Assembly: GCA_964637135.1 (NCBI GenBank)
Contig: CAZWTX010000006.1
Span: 62,001-117,987 of the forward strand
DNA: 55,987 nucleotides
Origin: an uncultured Methanospirillum sp.
Lineage (GTDB): Archaea > Halobacteriota > Methanomicrobia > Methanomicrobiales > Methanospirillaceae
Direction: 5' to 3'
Shown here: positions 28,871 to 37,446 of the stretch, piece by piece
Layout of the letters: each line of letters opens with the position of its first letter
How positions within the stretch are numbered: the stretch's first letter is position 1
Program-made: the position numbers and the translations under genes
The notes under the pieces: generated by a model
Told to the model about the DNA's origin: nothing
The model's database searches: none
The model's input: only the letters and a program-made list of their open reading frames with translations

Positions 28871-29960
28871 ACTGTTCACCAATATCTTCGAGAAACGCCT
28901 CGATGGTGTCCCGGGTTACATGCGGCATACAGACGATCCTGAGATCTCCGTTCCGGGTATACGAGACGATCCAGGGTTTCGGGACTTTTCTTCCTTCAAA
29001 AGTTGCAACATTCACGTCAGGCGTGACCCGGCGGCTGATCCCGAATGCTTCCATCCCATCGATGAGCCGGCGGGTATTCTCCATGCATCCGTTGACGACC
29101 GCTTCCATTCCTGACTGTCCGTGGTATGCCAGCACGGCATATGCTCCTGCGACTGAAGCACCCGGACGCGTTCCGGTCAGGCTGTATGCCTGTTTCACGG
29201 TCAGGTACGGGGTTTGGACGAGCAGGTTGGAGAAACACTCCTCGTTTCGTACCATCAGCACGCCGGCGGGAATGGTACTCATCCCCATTTTATGGGGATC
29301 GACAGAGATTGACGATACACCAGGGACACTGAAGTCAAAAGGCGGGGAATCCTTTATGAACGGCAGTACCAGCCCGCCGAAGGCGGCATCCACATGGAGA
29401 TGGATTCCCTCGGATTCTGCGATCCTGCCGAGCTCCGGTACCGGATCAACCATGCCGTACTCAGTGGTCCCGGCAATAGCAACCAGGCAGCAGGTATGAT
29501 CATCGATCAGTTCGGCAGTGCTGTCTGGTTCCATTCTGAACCGGTCGTCAAGGGGGGCGATCCGCATCTCCAGATCCATCATGCGGCATGCTTTCTCGAA
29601 GGAAAAATGTGCGGATGCCGGTACAATGATGTTCAGGTTCTCACCGGGATGTTCGGCTTTCGCGATCCGGAGCACCTGGATGTTTGACTCGGTCCCCCCT
29701 GATGTTGTGCATCCGCCGGCGGCCGGTTCATGGTACAGCTCTGCAAACGACCTGATCAGGGCATCCTCGACCTGCACGGTTCCCGGGAAAAGCCCGGGAT
29801 CACCGAGGTTTGTCTCCATGAAAAGGGTATGAGCGCGTACTGCGACCGGGTGCGGGGTGGTACACATTGAGGAGAGAATATGGGTATACGGGATGTCCTC
29901 ATCCCGCAGCTGTTGTAACCTGCAGAAGAGCTCCTCTTCAGGGAGCCCTTCATAATCCAT
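28860..29960 (-). CDS. mfnA: L-tyrosine/L-aspartate decarboxylase (PLP-dependent)
   Basis: ILSSMCT.PHP, NLGDPGLFPG, SGGTESN, HVDAAFGG, DPHKMG. The likely start is ATG 29960. Confidence 0.95.
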   Translation of the reverse strand: MDYEGLPEEELFCRLQQLRDEDIPYTHILSSMCTTPHPVAVRAHTLFMETNLGDPGLFPGTVQVEDALIRSFAELYHEPAAGGCTTSGGTESNIQVLRIAKAEHPGENLNIIVPASAHFSFEKACRMMDLEMRIAPLDDRFRMEPDSTAELIDDHTCCLVAIAGTTEYGMVDPVPELGRIAESEGIHLHVDAAFGGLVLPFIKDSPPFDFSVPGVSSISVDPHKMGMSTIPAGVLMVRNEECFSNLLVQTPYLTVKQAYSLTGTRPGASVAGAYAVLAYHGQSGMEAVVNGCMENTRRLIDGMEAFGISRRVTPDVNVATFEGRKVPKPWIVSYTRNGDLRIVCMPHVTRDTIEAFLEDIGEQYAE

Positions 29961-32241
29961 GGGTTTTTCTCGCACTCTCAAGAATAATCCGCTGCTCTGT
30001 CTTTGCAACGGTCTCCCGGATTTTCGGTATTGCATCGATGTTGGAGGAGACACTGGTGATTCCGTGTTCGACCAGCCAGGAAACCATGTCTGGTTCACTC
30101 CCTGCCTGTCCGCAGATCGAGACTTCAACCCCGTTTTCACGGCAGGCCCGGATTGCCTGATCAATCAGTGTCAGGACAGCCGGATGTTTCGGCCAGTACA
30201 TATCGGTAACATTCTCGTTATTCCGATCGATTGCAAGGGTGTACTGGATGAGATCGTTTGTACCAAAGGAGGCGAACCGTATGCCAGCCGAGATGAAGTC
30301 TCTGATGATGATCGCTGATGCCGGAATCTCGATCATGACCCCGAGATCGACCTTATCGACATCAACCCCTCCCTCGCGGAAGAGTTCCCTGGCTTTTATG
30401 AACTCGGCTGGATGAGAGACCATCGGGAACATGATCCCGAGGTTATTGTATCCGAGCGCCCAAAGCCGTTTAAAGGTCTCAATCTGAAGCCTGAACTGGG
30501 CCGGGCTCTGGAGATCCCGGCGGATTCCCCTCCAGCCAAGCATCGGGTTGTGTTCGATTGGTTCATGCTGGCCGCCCTGCATGTTCCTGAACTCATCGGT
30601 CGGGGCATCCAGGGTTCTGACCCAGACAGGTTTTCCCGGGAAGGCATCGAGCACCGTTTTGATACCGTTCATCAGTTCGGTGATGAACTCTTCTTCTTTT
30701 TTATGTTCGATGTACCATCCGGGGGTCTTGTTCAGACCAAGGATCAGATGTTCGATCCTGAGCAGACCGACGCCGTCTGCACCGGTAGCTGCTGCCCGTG
30801 CTGCTGCCTCGGGCATGGAGACATTCACTTTCACCGATGTTGCCGTAATGATCTTCGGCGTGACCATCACCGTGCCGTCGGTTGCTGATGAGGGCTGTGC
30901 CGGTGCTGCTTTCTCAATGATTCCGTCGTAGATGATCCCTTTCTCACCATCAACGGTGATATGTTGCCCTTCCTTCAGGATCACGGTCCCCTTGCGGGTA
31001 CCGACGACGGCAGGTGTGCCAAGTTCACGCGAGACAATGGCAGCATGACAGGTCATACCCCCCTCATCAGTGACAATGGCAGCAACTTTCCGCATTGCAG
31101 GGACCATGTCCGGATTCGTCATCCGGGTGACCATGATGTCCCCTTCATTCACTTTTCCGATATCCTTCACATCATGGACGATGGTGACTTTACCACTTGC
31201 AAGGCCGGGAGAAGCTCCCTGACCCTGTAGGATAATCCGCTCTGCCGGTGCCGTATGCTGTTCCTCCTTCTTTTTTCCGGATGATTTGATGGTCGTTATC
31301 GGACGTGACTGCAGGACATATATCTTCTCGCCTACAATGCCCCATTCCATATCCTGGGCAACGCCGTAGTGTTCCTCGGAAACAATTCCGTATGTTGCAA
31401 GACGCCTAATCTCTTCATCAGAGAGAACCTGGAGTTCCTGGCGGTTCTTCTCAATGTCCCTCGTTATTGTTCCATATTCTCCGTCAGCCACAATCTCAAG
31501 GATTTTAGCCGATATGAGCGTATCGGTGACACGGTCCAGGCGCCGGTCATACACGTATTTATCCGGTGAAACAGAGCCGGATACGACTGCTTCTCCAAGA
31601 CCCCAGGATCCTTCTATGATGGCATGGGGTTCCCCGGTGATCGGATGAGAGGTGAACATGACACCTGCTTTCTCTGAAGGGACCAGTTGCTGAACAACAA
31701 CGGCGATATTTACGGTATGATGATCAAATCCCTGTTTTGCCCGGTAATAGATGGCTCTCGCCCCGTACAGGGAAGCCCAGCAGGTCTGAACGGCTTTCAG
31801 AAGGTTTCCGGCGCCCCTGATGTTCAGGACCGTTTCCTGCTGGCCGGCAAAACTTGCGTCAGGAAGGTCTTCAGCCGTCGCACTGGATCTGGCCGCAACG
31901 ATCGGGCCGGTCTTTGAGAGTTTTTCGTATGCCGTCCTAATCTCCTGTTTCAGATCCTCAGGGATGGGCGCATCATTCACCAGGTCTTTTGCCTTCTGTG
32001 CCGTGGATTCGAGAACATCATTGTCATCAACATCCAGCCCTTCAAGAAGCGTAAAGAGTTTCGTTTCGAGCCCGGTCTGGACCAGGAACCGTCTGAAGGC
32101 CTGGCTGGTTATTACGAAGGCCGGAGGAACAGGCAGACCAATCGAAGCCATCTCACCGAGGGAAGCTCCTTTTCCGCCGACGGATGGAATATCCTCCTTT
32201 CGAATCTCCTCAAGCCACAGAATATCAGGAACTCCCGTCAT
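29950..32241 (-). CDS. ppsA: Phosphoenolpyruvate synthase
   Basis: VGGKGASLGEM, RSSATAEDLPDASFAGQQET, GGMTCHAAIVSRE (phospho-His), SFGTNDL, ICGQA. The likely start is ATG 32241. Confidence 0.97.
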   Translation of the reverse strand: MTGVPDILWLEEIRKEDIPSVGGKGASLGEMASIGLPVPPAFVITSQAFRRFLVQTGLETKLFTLLEGLDVDDNDVLESTAQKAKDLVNDAPIPEDLKQEIRTAYEKLSKTGPIVAARSSATAEDLPDASFAGQQETVLNIRGAGNLLKAVQTCWASLYGARAIYYRAKQGFDHHTVNIAVVVQQLVPSEKAGVMFTSHPITGEPHAIIEGSWGLGEAVVSGSVSPDKYVYDRRLDRVTDTLISAKILEIVADGEYGTITRDIEKNRQELQVLSDEEIRRLATYGIVSEEHYGVAQDMEWGIVGEKIYVLQSRPITTIKSSGKKKEEQHTAPAERIILQGQGASPGLASGKVTIVHDVKDIGKVNEGDIMVTRMTNPDMVPAMRKVAAIVTDEGGMTCHAAIVSRELGTPAVVGTRKGTVILKEGQHITVDGEKGIIYDGIIEKAAPAQPSSATDGTVMVTPKIITATSVKVNVSMPEAAARAAATGADGVGLLRIEHLILGLNKTPGWYIEHKKEEEFITELMNGIKTVLDAFPGKPVWVRTLDAPTDEFRNMQGGQHEPIEHNPMLGWRGIRRDLQSPAQFRLQIETFKRLWALGYNNLGIMFPMVSHPAEFIKARELFREGGVDVDKVDLGVMIEIPASAIIIRDFISAGIRFASFGTNDLIQYTLAIDRNNENVTDMYWPKHPAVLTLIDQAIRACRENGVEVSICGQAGSEPDMVSWLVEHGITSVSSNIDAIPKIRETVAKTEQRIILESARKTHGL

Positions 32242-32364
32242 ACACACACCAAATAGAATATCAGTAACAGATATCAGTACATACTCCTCCCGTTGTAGTA
32301 AAAGCATTTTCATCGGGCCGATCTGCACCAGACATGGTGTATCTTCAGGTGACACTATCTCAAT

Positions 32365-32380
32365 TGGAAATTTATTTATG
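32365..32380 (+). promoter_or_regulatory. BRE/TATA promoter of the tRNA pair
   Basis: GGAAA followed by TTTATTTATG, about 30-40 nt upstream of tRNA-Tyr. Confidence 0.6.
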
Positions 32381-32409
32381 CTGATTAAGCACACCGTATA
32401 GGGCAATAT

Positions 32410-32515
32410 CCCGCCTTAACTCAGACTGGTAGAGTGCGCGGCTGTAGTATGGATTGCCGATTGAGGTAACTGCGCGGCTACCGCGATGTCCCCGGTTCAA
32501 ATCCGGGAGGCGGGA
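32410..32515 (+). tRNA. tRNA-Tyr(GTA) with 32-nt canonical 37/38 intron (32448-32479)
   Basis: Acceptor stem CCCGCCT/AGGCGGG plus A (C1-G72, the archaeal Tyr identity), anticodon stem CGCGG/CCGCG, GTA at 32444-32446, T-loop TTCAAAT. CCA is not encoded. Confidence 0.95.
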
Positions 32516-32527
32516 TATGTACCCTTT

Positions 32528-32600
32528 GCCCAGATAGTGTAGTGGCCTATCATGTCGGCCTGTCACGCCGACGACTCGGATTCGAATTCCGATCTGGGCG
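32528..32600 (+). tRNA. tRNA-Asp(GTC)
   Basis: Acceptor stem GCCCAGA/TCTGGGC plus G, anticodon stem TCGGC/GCCGA, GTC at 32562-32564, T-loop TTCGAAT. Confidence 0.96.
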
Positions 32601-32683
32601 TTCCTGTTTTCTGGTAATACCAGCATCTACTTAATGTTCAATTCGAAACCTAACAACTGATCTCAATAAGAAGAGGGGTTTGA

Positions 32684-33502
32684 ATGGCCAGATATCTCAT
32701 AGTAATTCTCCTTGTCCTTTCAGTTATGATGTGTCCGCTTGTTGCGGCAGACCGGCTCCCGAATGGCAGTTCAAGCAGCAACTTCCAGTCACCTTCGACA
32801 AGTAACCTCCAGATTATCGGGATGATGGACTCAAAGACCAAGGTCCAGATAGACACCTCCAACTTTGACCTGAACAGTACCGGTTTTCTCCACCAGGGGG
32901 ATGCCTTCTCCTCGGTTCTGTATACGAAGGACACGATGACGAACGGTGGGTATCTTTCCGAGGCCAAGCATCAGAAATTTGACGAGGGTGGACAGGGTTC
33001 CGGGACCTATAACATTGATTCAAAGACCGTCACCACCTATGCCTCTGACTCCTCGATAAAAAGTCAGCTCAGCAATAAGGAGAAACTCTCCATGACCACT
33101 TCCGGAAACTGGTCCGAAACCGACAAAACTATTCATAACGTCCTCGTTGGCTCAATTATTGACGAATACATCGGGGGATTCAATAGTAATTATGAGGCTG
33201 GATCAGATGTCAAACTGAGTTCCGGACAGCTTGCAACAATCGCAAAAGCCCGTTCGGTCGGAAAAGATACGACTGTCCCTGCAGCGGTCAGTTACACCCT
33301 CGGGATCCATCCGGATAGTTCGACCGGTATGCCATACGCTGAAGGATCTGCTTCGACCAGGTTTGTTCTGACAAACGAGGAAGGGTACTCGAATACCACG
33401 AATTTCTCATCGACGAACCAGCTCGTTGACGAGACATCTGTCGATGGCCTGATCTTCCACTTTGGAAAAGCGTTTGAAGCCAGTTCAGGAGTTGAGAGCT
33501 GA
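32684..33502 (+). CDS. Secreted beta-rich protein, Methanospirillum sheath protein (MspA/SH)-like
   Basis: Signal peptide ending AAD, Ser/Thr-rich alternating beta pattern. The motif order matches my recollection of the sheath protein family (not searched). Confidence 0.7.
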   Translation: MARYLIVILLVLSVMMCPLVAADRLPNGSSSSNFQSPSTSNLQIIGMMDSKTKVQIDTSNFDLNSTGFLHQGDAFSSVLYTKDTMTNGGYLSEAKHQKFDEGGQGSGTYNIDSKTVTTYASDSSIKSQLSNKEKLSMTTSGNWSETDKTIHNVLVGSIIDEYIGGFNSNYEAGSDVKLSSGQLATIAKARSVGKDTTVPAAVSYTLGIHPDSSTGMPYAEGSASTRFVLTNEEGYSNTTNFSSTNQLVDETSVDGLIFHFGKAFEASSGVES

Positions 33503-33562
33503 TCCATCCCTTCTTATGAAGAAACTATTTCCTCTTTTACAAGTGACCTAATACCATTCAGA

Positions 33563-33976
33563 ATGATGATAATCCGTCCGGCCCTCCTCCTGGTTCTGTT
33601 CATGATACCCCTGTCAGGAGTCCTTGCTGCTGAGACCCTTGTTATTCCCGGATTTGACAGTTCAGTGAAGGCCTCCTCATCTGTTGCGAATATACAGGAT
33701 GTGACGGTTGAGTCTGCCCTGAAAACACGGCTCGTGGCGGAAGATGCCTCGATCCCTGAGTCAGTCAGGTACACCTTCAGCCTGAAAGGGTTGAACGGGT
33801 CTCAATCCGGTGCACGGGGGATGGCACGGACCGAGTTTGTTATTCACGGATATGAAGCGCACAATAATTCGCTCAATATCTCCGGTGATCTCTCGTTCCA
33901 TGATACCACCGAGGTTGTCGGGAACATCTCAGAATTGCTGAAGATCTTCTCGTTCGACTCCGGGATCAGGGTGTGA
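33563..33976 (+). CDS. Secreted half-length paralog of the preceding sheath-like protein
   Basis: Signal peptide. The mature part aligns by eye with the C-terminal ~110 aa of 32684..33502. Confidence 0.72.
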   Translation: MMIIRPALLLVLFMIPLSGVLAAETLVIPGFDSSVKASSSVANIQDVTVESALKTRLVAEDASIPESVRYTFSLKGLNGSQSGARGMARTEFVIHGYEAHNNSLNISGDLSFHDTTEVVGNISELLKIFSFDSGIRV

Positions 33977-33979
33977 CAA

Positions 33980-34666
33980 ATGACTGTAAAAATACCCTCC
34001 CTTACCGGCATTCTCCTGGTGCTTTTTCTGACAGGCATCACATCTGCCGTCGATTTTACGTATATGCCTGTTGATTATGGTACTCCGGCGAATTTCACGC
34101 TCTGTCACCCTTCTGTGAAAACCCTCGAAGGTGAGACGATATCTGCTGATTTTGTAGCTGATCGTACGGTTGGTGATGCACCGTTGACCGTGCGGTTCTA
34201 TGATACCAGTTACGGGTTTGCTGATTTCTGGGAATGGGATTTCGGTGATGGGAATGTATCATATGCCCAGAATCCCTCTCATACCTACGGACAGCCGGGA
34301 ACCTATGACGTCAGTCTCCGCATTGGTAGCAGGGTCTCGTATGAAACCTCTACCGCACGGTATAACAAGACCGGGAAGGGTCAGTTTACTGACATCACGT
34401 ATTCCAGTATCGACCGGGAGATTGAGTACATCACGGTAAACGAGAAGGGTTCTGGAACCACAAAACCGGTCCCTGCCGGGTGGTACCCCGAGCCGGCTCA
34501 GCCGGTAATAATGCCTTCAGGCCAGACCGGCGTGAAAGGGAATGTCGAACTCGATGCAGCAACGATCACGATCACCCCGACTACCCAGAAAGGATTCACT
34601 GACACCCTGAGTATAAACGGGATCTACAGAATTCATACTTCAACCCCGTATAATACTGCCTATTAA
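33980..34666 (+). CDS. Secreted PKD-domain protein
   Basis: Signal peptide and ADF.AD...G.APLTVRFYD.S...WEWDFGDG....QNP.HTY..PGTYDVSL. Confidence 0.88.
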   Translation: MTVKIPSLTGILLVLFLTGITSAVDFTYMPVDYGTPANFTLCHPSVKTLEGETISADFVADRTVGDAPLTVRFYDTSYGFADFWEWDFGDGNVSYAQNPSHTYGQPGTYDVSLRIGSRVSYETSTARYNKTGKGQFTDITYSSIDREIEYITVNEKGSGTTKPVPAGWYPEPAQPVIMPSGQTGVKGNVELDAATITITPTTQKGFTDTLSINGIYRIHTSTPYNTAY

Positions 34667-34677
34667 TCCGTTTTTTT

Positions 34678-36597
34678 ATGAATCGTCATACCTCCATCTC
34701 TGCGTTACTCAGTATCACTGCCCTTCTTATCCTTGCCGGTTTATCCGGATGCCTCGATGAGAAACCGGTAAATATTGCAAACGTCTCGAAAGAACTTGAA
34801 GAAACATCAGTATCAGAAGAATCAGGTGGCAATTACTCAGGTGCCCTCGTTGCATCCCGTGCCGCCCTGAACCTGAACCCTGAAAACATTTCCCTCTGGT
34901 TAAAATCCGGAGATTTGCTCAAATCCGCCGGGAGACCTGATGATGCCCTTGCAGCATATGAACGGGCTATCCGTCTGGACCAGGCCAACCAGACGGCACT
35001 TTCCCGAAAAGCAGCCCTGCTCTTCTCAATGGGTGACTATAACGAGTCTGCAGTCCTTGTGGACCGGATTCTCCGGGTATACCCGGATGATGCGGATGCC
35101 CTCGTGACCAGGAGTGATATTCTCGAACGCTCGGACGATTACGAGCAGGCCCTGTCGGCCCTGACCGCTGCGGCCGCAGTAGATCCGCAAAACCCGGAGA
35201 TATGGGTTCGAATTGCACGTATTTCCACGGACCTCGAACAGTACAACAATGCAGCAAAAGCTTATGATACGGCATTGAAACTGAACCAGAGCGATTTCAG
35301 TTCCTGGAAGGAACTCGGTGATCTTCTCAGGTATGCCGGCCGGTTCCGGGAGGCAGCCGTGGCCTATAACAAAGTGAACATCCTGCAGCCCGGTTCGTCT
35401 GATAATCAGAAGATAGAGGCCGAACTGCTTGTCAAGTCGTTCCAGTATGACAAGGCCGCCCTTATCTATGATCTTCTTCTGAAAGAGCATCCAGATGATA
35501 CTGAGCTTCTGAATGCCGAGGCAAAAGTCCTGAACATGCTCGGGCAGTATGATATCTCGGCAAACATCTCCCGGATGGTATTGGACAAAGGACCGGATGC
35601 GCAGGCGTGGTCCAATCTCGGGTTCTCATATGCAAACAAGGGCGATTATAACAGTTCCTTTGCTGCATTCAATGAATCATTAAAGATGGATCCAAAAAAC
35701 GATGCCATCCTGACAAATATCGGATATCTCCTGATTCAGAAGGAAGAGTTCGGTTCGGCCAGGGACGTACTCATCAATGCCACCCAGATCAATCCCTCAT
35801 CTCCCACCAGCTGGGCATACCTGGCGAGATCACTGACTAACCTGGAACAGTACGGAGAAGCAGAGAAAGCAGCAAAGAAAGCAACCGAACTCTACCCTGA
35901 CCTCTCAGACAACTGGTTCCTCCTTGGTGATGCTTCTTTCAGAAACCGGGACTTTGAAACGGCATATAATGCCCTTGGAAAGGCGTATGAGCTGGATCCC
36001 CAGAACCAGATGACCTGGCAGTACTATGTCGAGGCGATGCATAAGATGGACCGGGGTGAACAGTCCCTTCATTTCTATGACCAGACCCTGGCGGTAAATC
36101 CCAATCTCACCTGGGCCTGGATGAATGCCGGGTACGCCGGTGAACGTGCCTCGCGGTACGATATCGCGGAGGATGCATACAAGGGAGCTATCAAATCAGA
36201 TCCGAATTCGACACAAGCCTGGATGAATCTGGGGTTTGCCCATTTCAAGCAGGGGAATTATTTCGGCGCTATTGATGCCTTCACGCATGCTGCGAATCTT
36301 TCCCCCAACACCACCGCCATCTACGTGAACCGGGGGGCTTCCTACCTGCTCATCGATGATCTCGAGAACGCAAAGGCTGATTATGATAAGGCACTCGAGA
36401 TAAATCCGGATGACAAGGATGCGATGTACGGGATGGGAAGAACCCTGTACCGTCTCGGACAGATATCAGAAGCGTTCCCGTATTTCAAAAACAGTGGAGA
36501 GAATATCTACATTGCCAGGATTTATGACAATCTCTACCAGGGATATACTTTCTTTTCAAACGACTGGAATTACTGGCGGTACAGTTACCAGTGGTAA
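34678..36597 (+). CDS. TPR-repeat lipoprotein
   Basis: Lipobox LSG-C after a hydrophobic stretch, TPRs along its length, many N-x-S/T sequons, aromatic C-terminal tail. Confidence 0.88.
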   Translation: MNRHTSISALLSITALLILAGLSGCLDEKPVNIANVSKELEETSVSEESGGNYSGALVASRAALNLNPENISLWLKSGDLLKSAGRPDDALAAYERAIRLDQANQTALSRKAALLFSMGDYNESAVLVDRILRVYPDDADALVTRSDILERSDDYEQALSALTAAAAVDPQNPEIWVRIARISTDLEQYNNAAKAYDTALKLNQSDFSSWKELGDLLRYAGRFREAAVAYNKVNILQPGSSDNQKIEAELLVKSFQYDKAALIYDLLLKEHPDDTELLNAEAKVLNMLGQYDISANISRMVLDKGPDAQAWSNLGFSYANKGDYNSSFAAFNESLKMDPKNDAILTNIGYLLIQKEEFGSARDVLINATQINPSSPTSWAYLARSLTNLEQYGEAEKAAKKATELYPDLSDNWFLLGDASFRNRDFETAYNALGKAYELDPQNQMTWQYYVEAMHKMDRGEQSLHFYDQTLAVNPNLTWAWMNAGYAGERASRYDIAEDAYKGAIKSDPNSTQAWMNLGFAHFKQGNYFGAIDAFTHAANLSPNTTAIYVNRGASYLLIDDLENAKADYDKALEINPDDKDAMYGMGRTLYRLGQISEAFPYFKNSGENIYIARIYDNLYQGYTFFSNDWNYWRYSYQW

Positions 36598-37446
36598 TTA
36601 CCAGTGATGGGCATATCCCCGGGGAGGAAGGGGGATTTCGTCACAGAAAACTCCCTTCCCCGCTGAAACGACTCCGATAACCGTACACTCCGGTTCAAGA
36701 GTTTCTCCCCGCTCTGGTGGGATGGTAAAGAGGAGTTCAAAATCCCCACCACCGAACAAGACATCCTCCTCTTTCACACCAGCTGCTCCCGGAAGCAGTT
36801 CTCTCCTGATATTCATTCTTACCGCTGAAGCAGTCGCAAGATCATGGAGCGATATGGCGAGACCGTCACTGATATCCATCATCGCTGTTGCCCCGGTGTT
36901 CCTGATCCTGATTCCCTCATAAACCCGGGGTGTTGGTTCGCAGAGATCTTTCCGGTACTCCGGGCTTCCGGCAAGCCCTGCCATCGCCCGGCCAAGTCGT
37001 CCGGTTACCCCGATGAGATCACCCGGACGGGCCCCGGTTCTTAAAACCGGTTTTCCATCCGGAATTAACCCAATCCCGGTCGATACTATTGTCAGTTCGG
37101 AATGGGAATCCAGATCCCCGCCGGCATACACCATGCCATACCCTGCTGCACAGTCTGAAGCACCCTGAACAATACCTGGCAGGCGTTCCGGCCTGTCGAG
37201 ACCGATTGCAAGAAAAAGCCAGGCAGGACTGGATCCCACCGATGCAAGATCAGATATCGTGACGGCGGCAGCCATCCACCCGATCTGCCAGTCTGATATC
37301 CCCTCCGGAAAATCGGTCTGTTCATGGAGCATGTCAGTGGAGACCGCCATCCACCCTCCCGGGCCGGGGAAGACGGCACAGTCGTCACGACAGTGTTCAT
37401 CCCCGATAATCGCAGTGATATCCCTGAGCATCTCCCGGTCATCCAT
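36598..37446 (-). CDS. thiL: Thiamine-monophosphate kinase
   Basis: DDCAV, STDML...DF, SDLASVG, GGDL, MMDISDGL, GGGDFELLFT, GYAH. The likely start is ATG 37446. Confidence 0.94.
   Translation of the reverse strand: MDDREMLRDITAIIGDEHCRDDCAVFPGPGGWMAVSTDMLHEQTDFPEGISDWQIGWMAAAVTISDLASVGSSPAWLFLAIGLDRPERLPGIVQGASDCAAGYGMVYAGGDLDSHSELTIVSTGIGLIPDGKPVLRTGARPGDLIGVTGRLGRAMAGLAGSPEYRKDLCEPTPRVYEGIRIRNTGATAMMDISDGLAISLHDLATASAVRMNIRRELLPGAAGVKEEDVLFGGGDFELLFTIPPERGETLEPECTVIGVVSAGKGVFCDEIPLPPRGYAHHW

Noticed and set aside
32242..32406. 55-aa N-terminal extension of PpsA, and ORF 32372..32626
   Set aside because: This region holds the divergent promoters and the tRNA genes. PpsA homology starts at ATG 32241.
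32528..36597. Genomic island integrated at tRNA-Asp
   Set aside because: I saw no integrase, no duplicated tRNA 3' end and no mobility genes. The genes look like native envelope genes.
36585..36606. Palindrome TGGTAATTACCA and direct repeat TTACCAGTG at a gene junction
   Set aside because: The palindrome arises because two convergent genes both end in TGG-TAA with no gap. There is no sign of a target-site duplication or inserted element.
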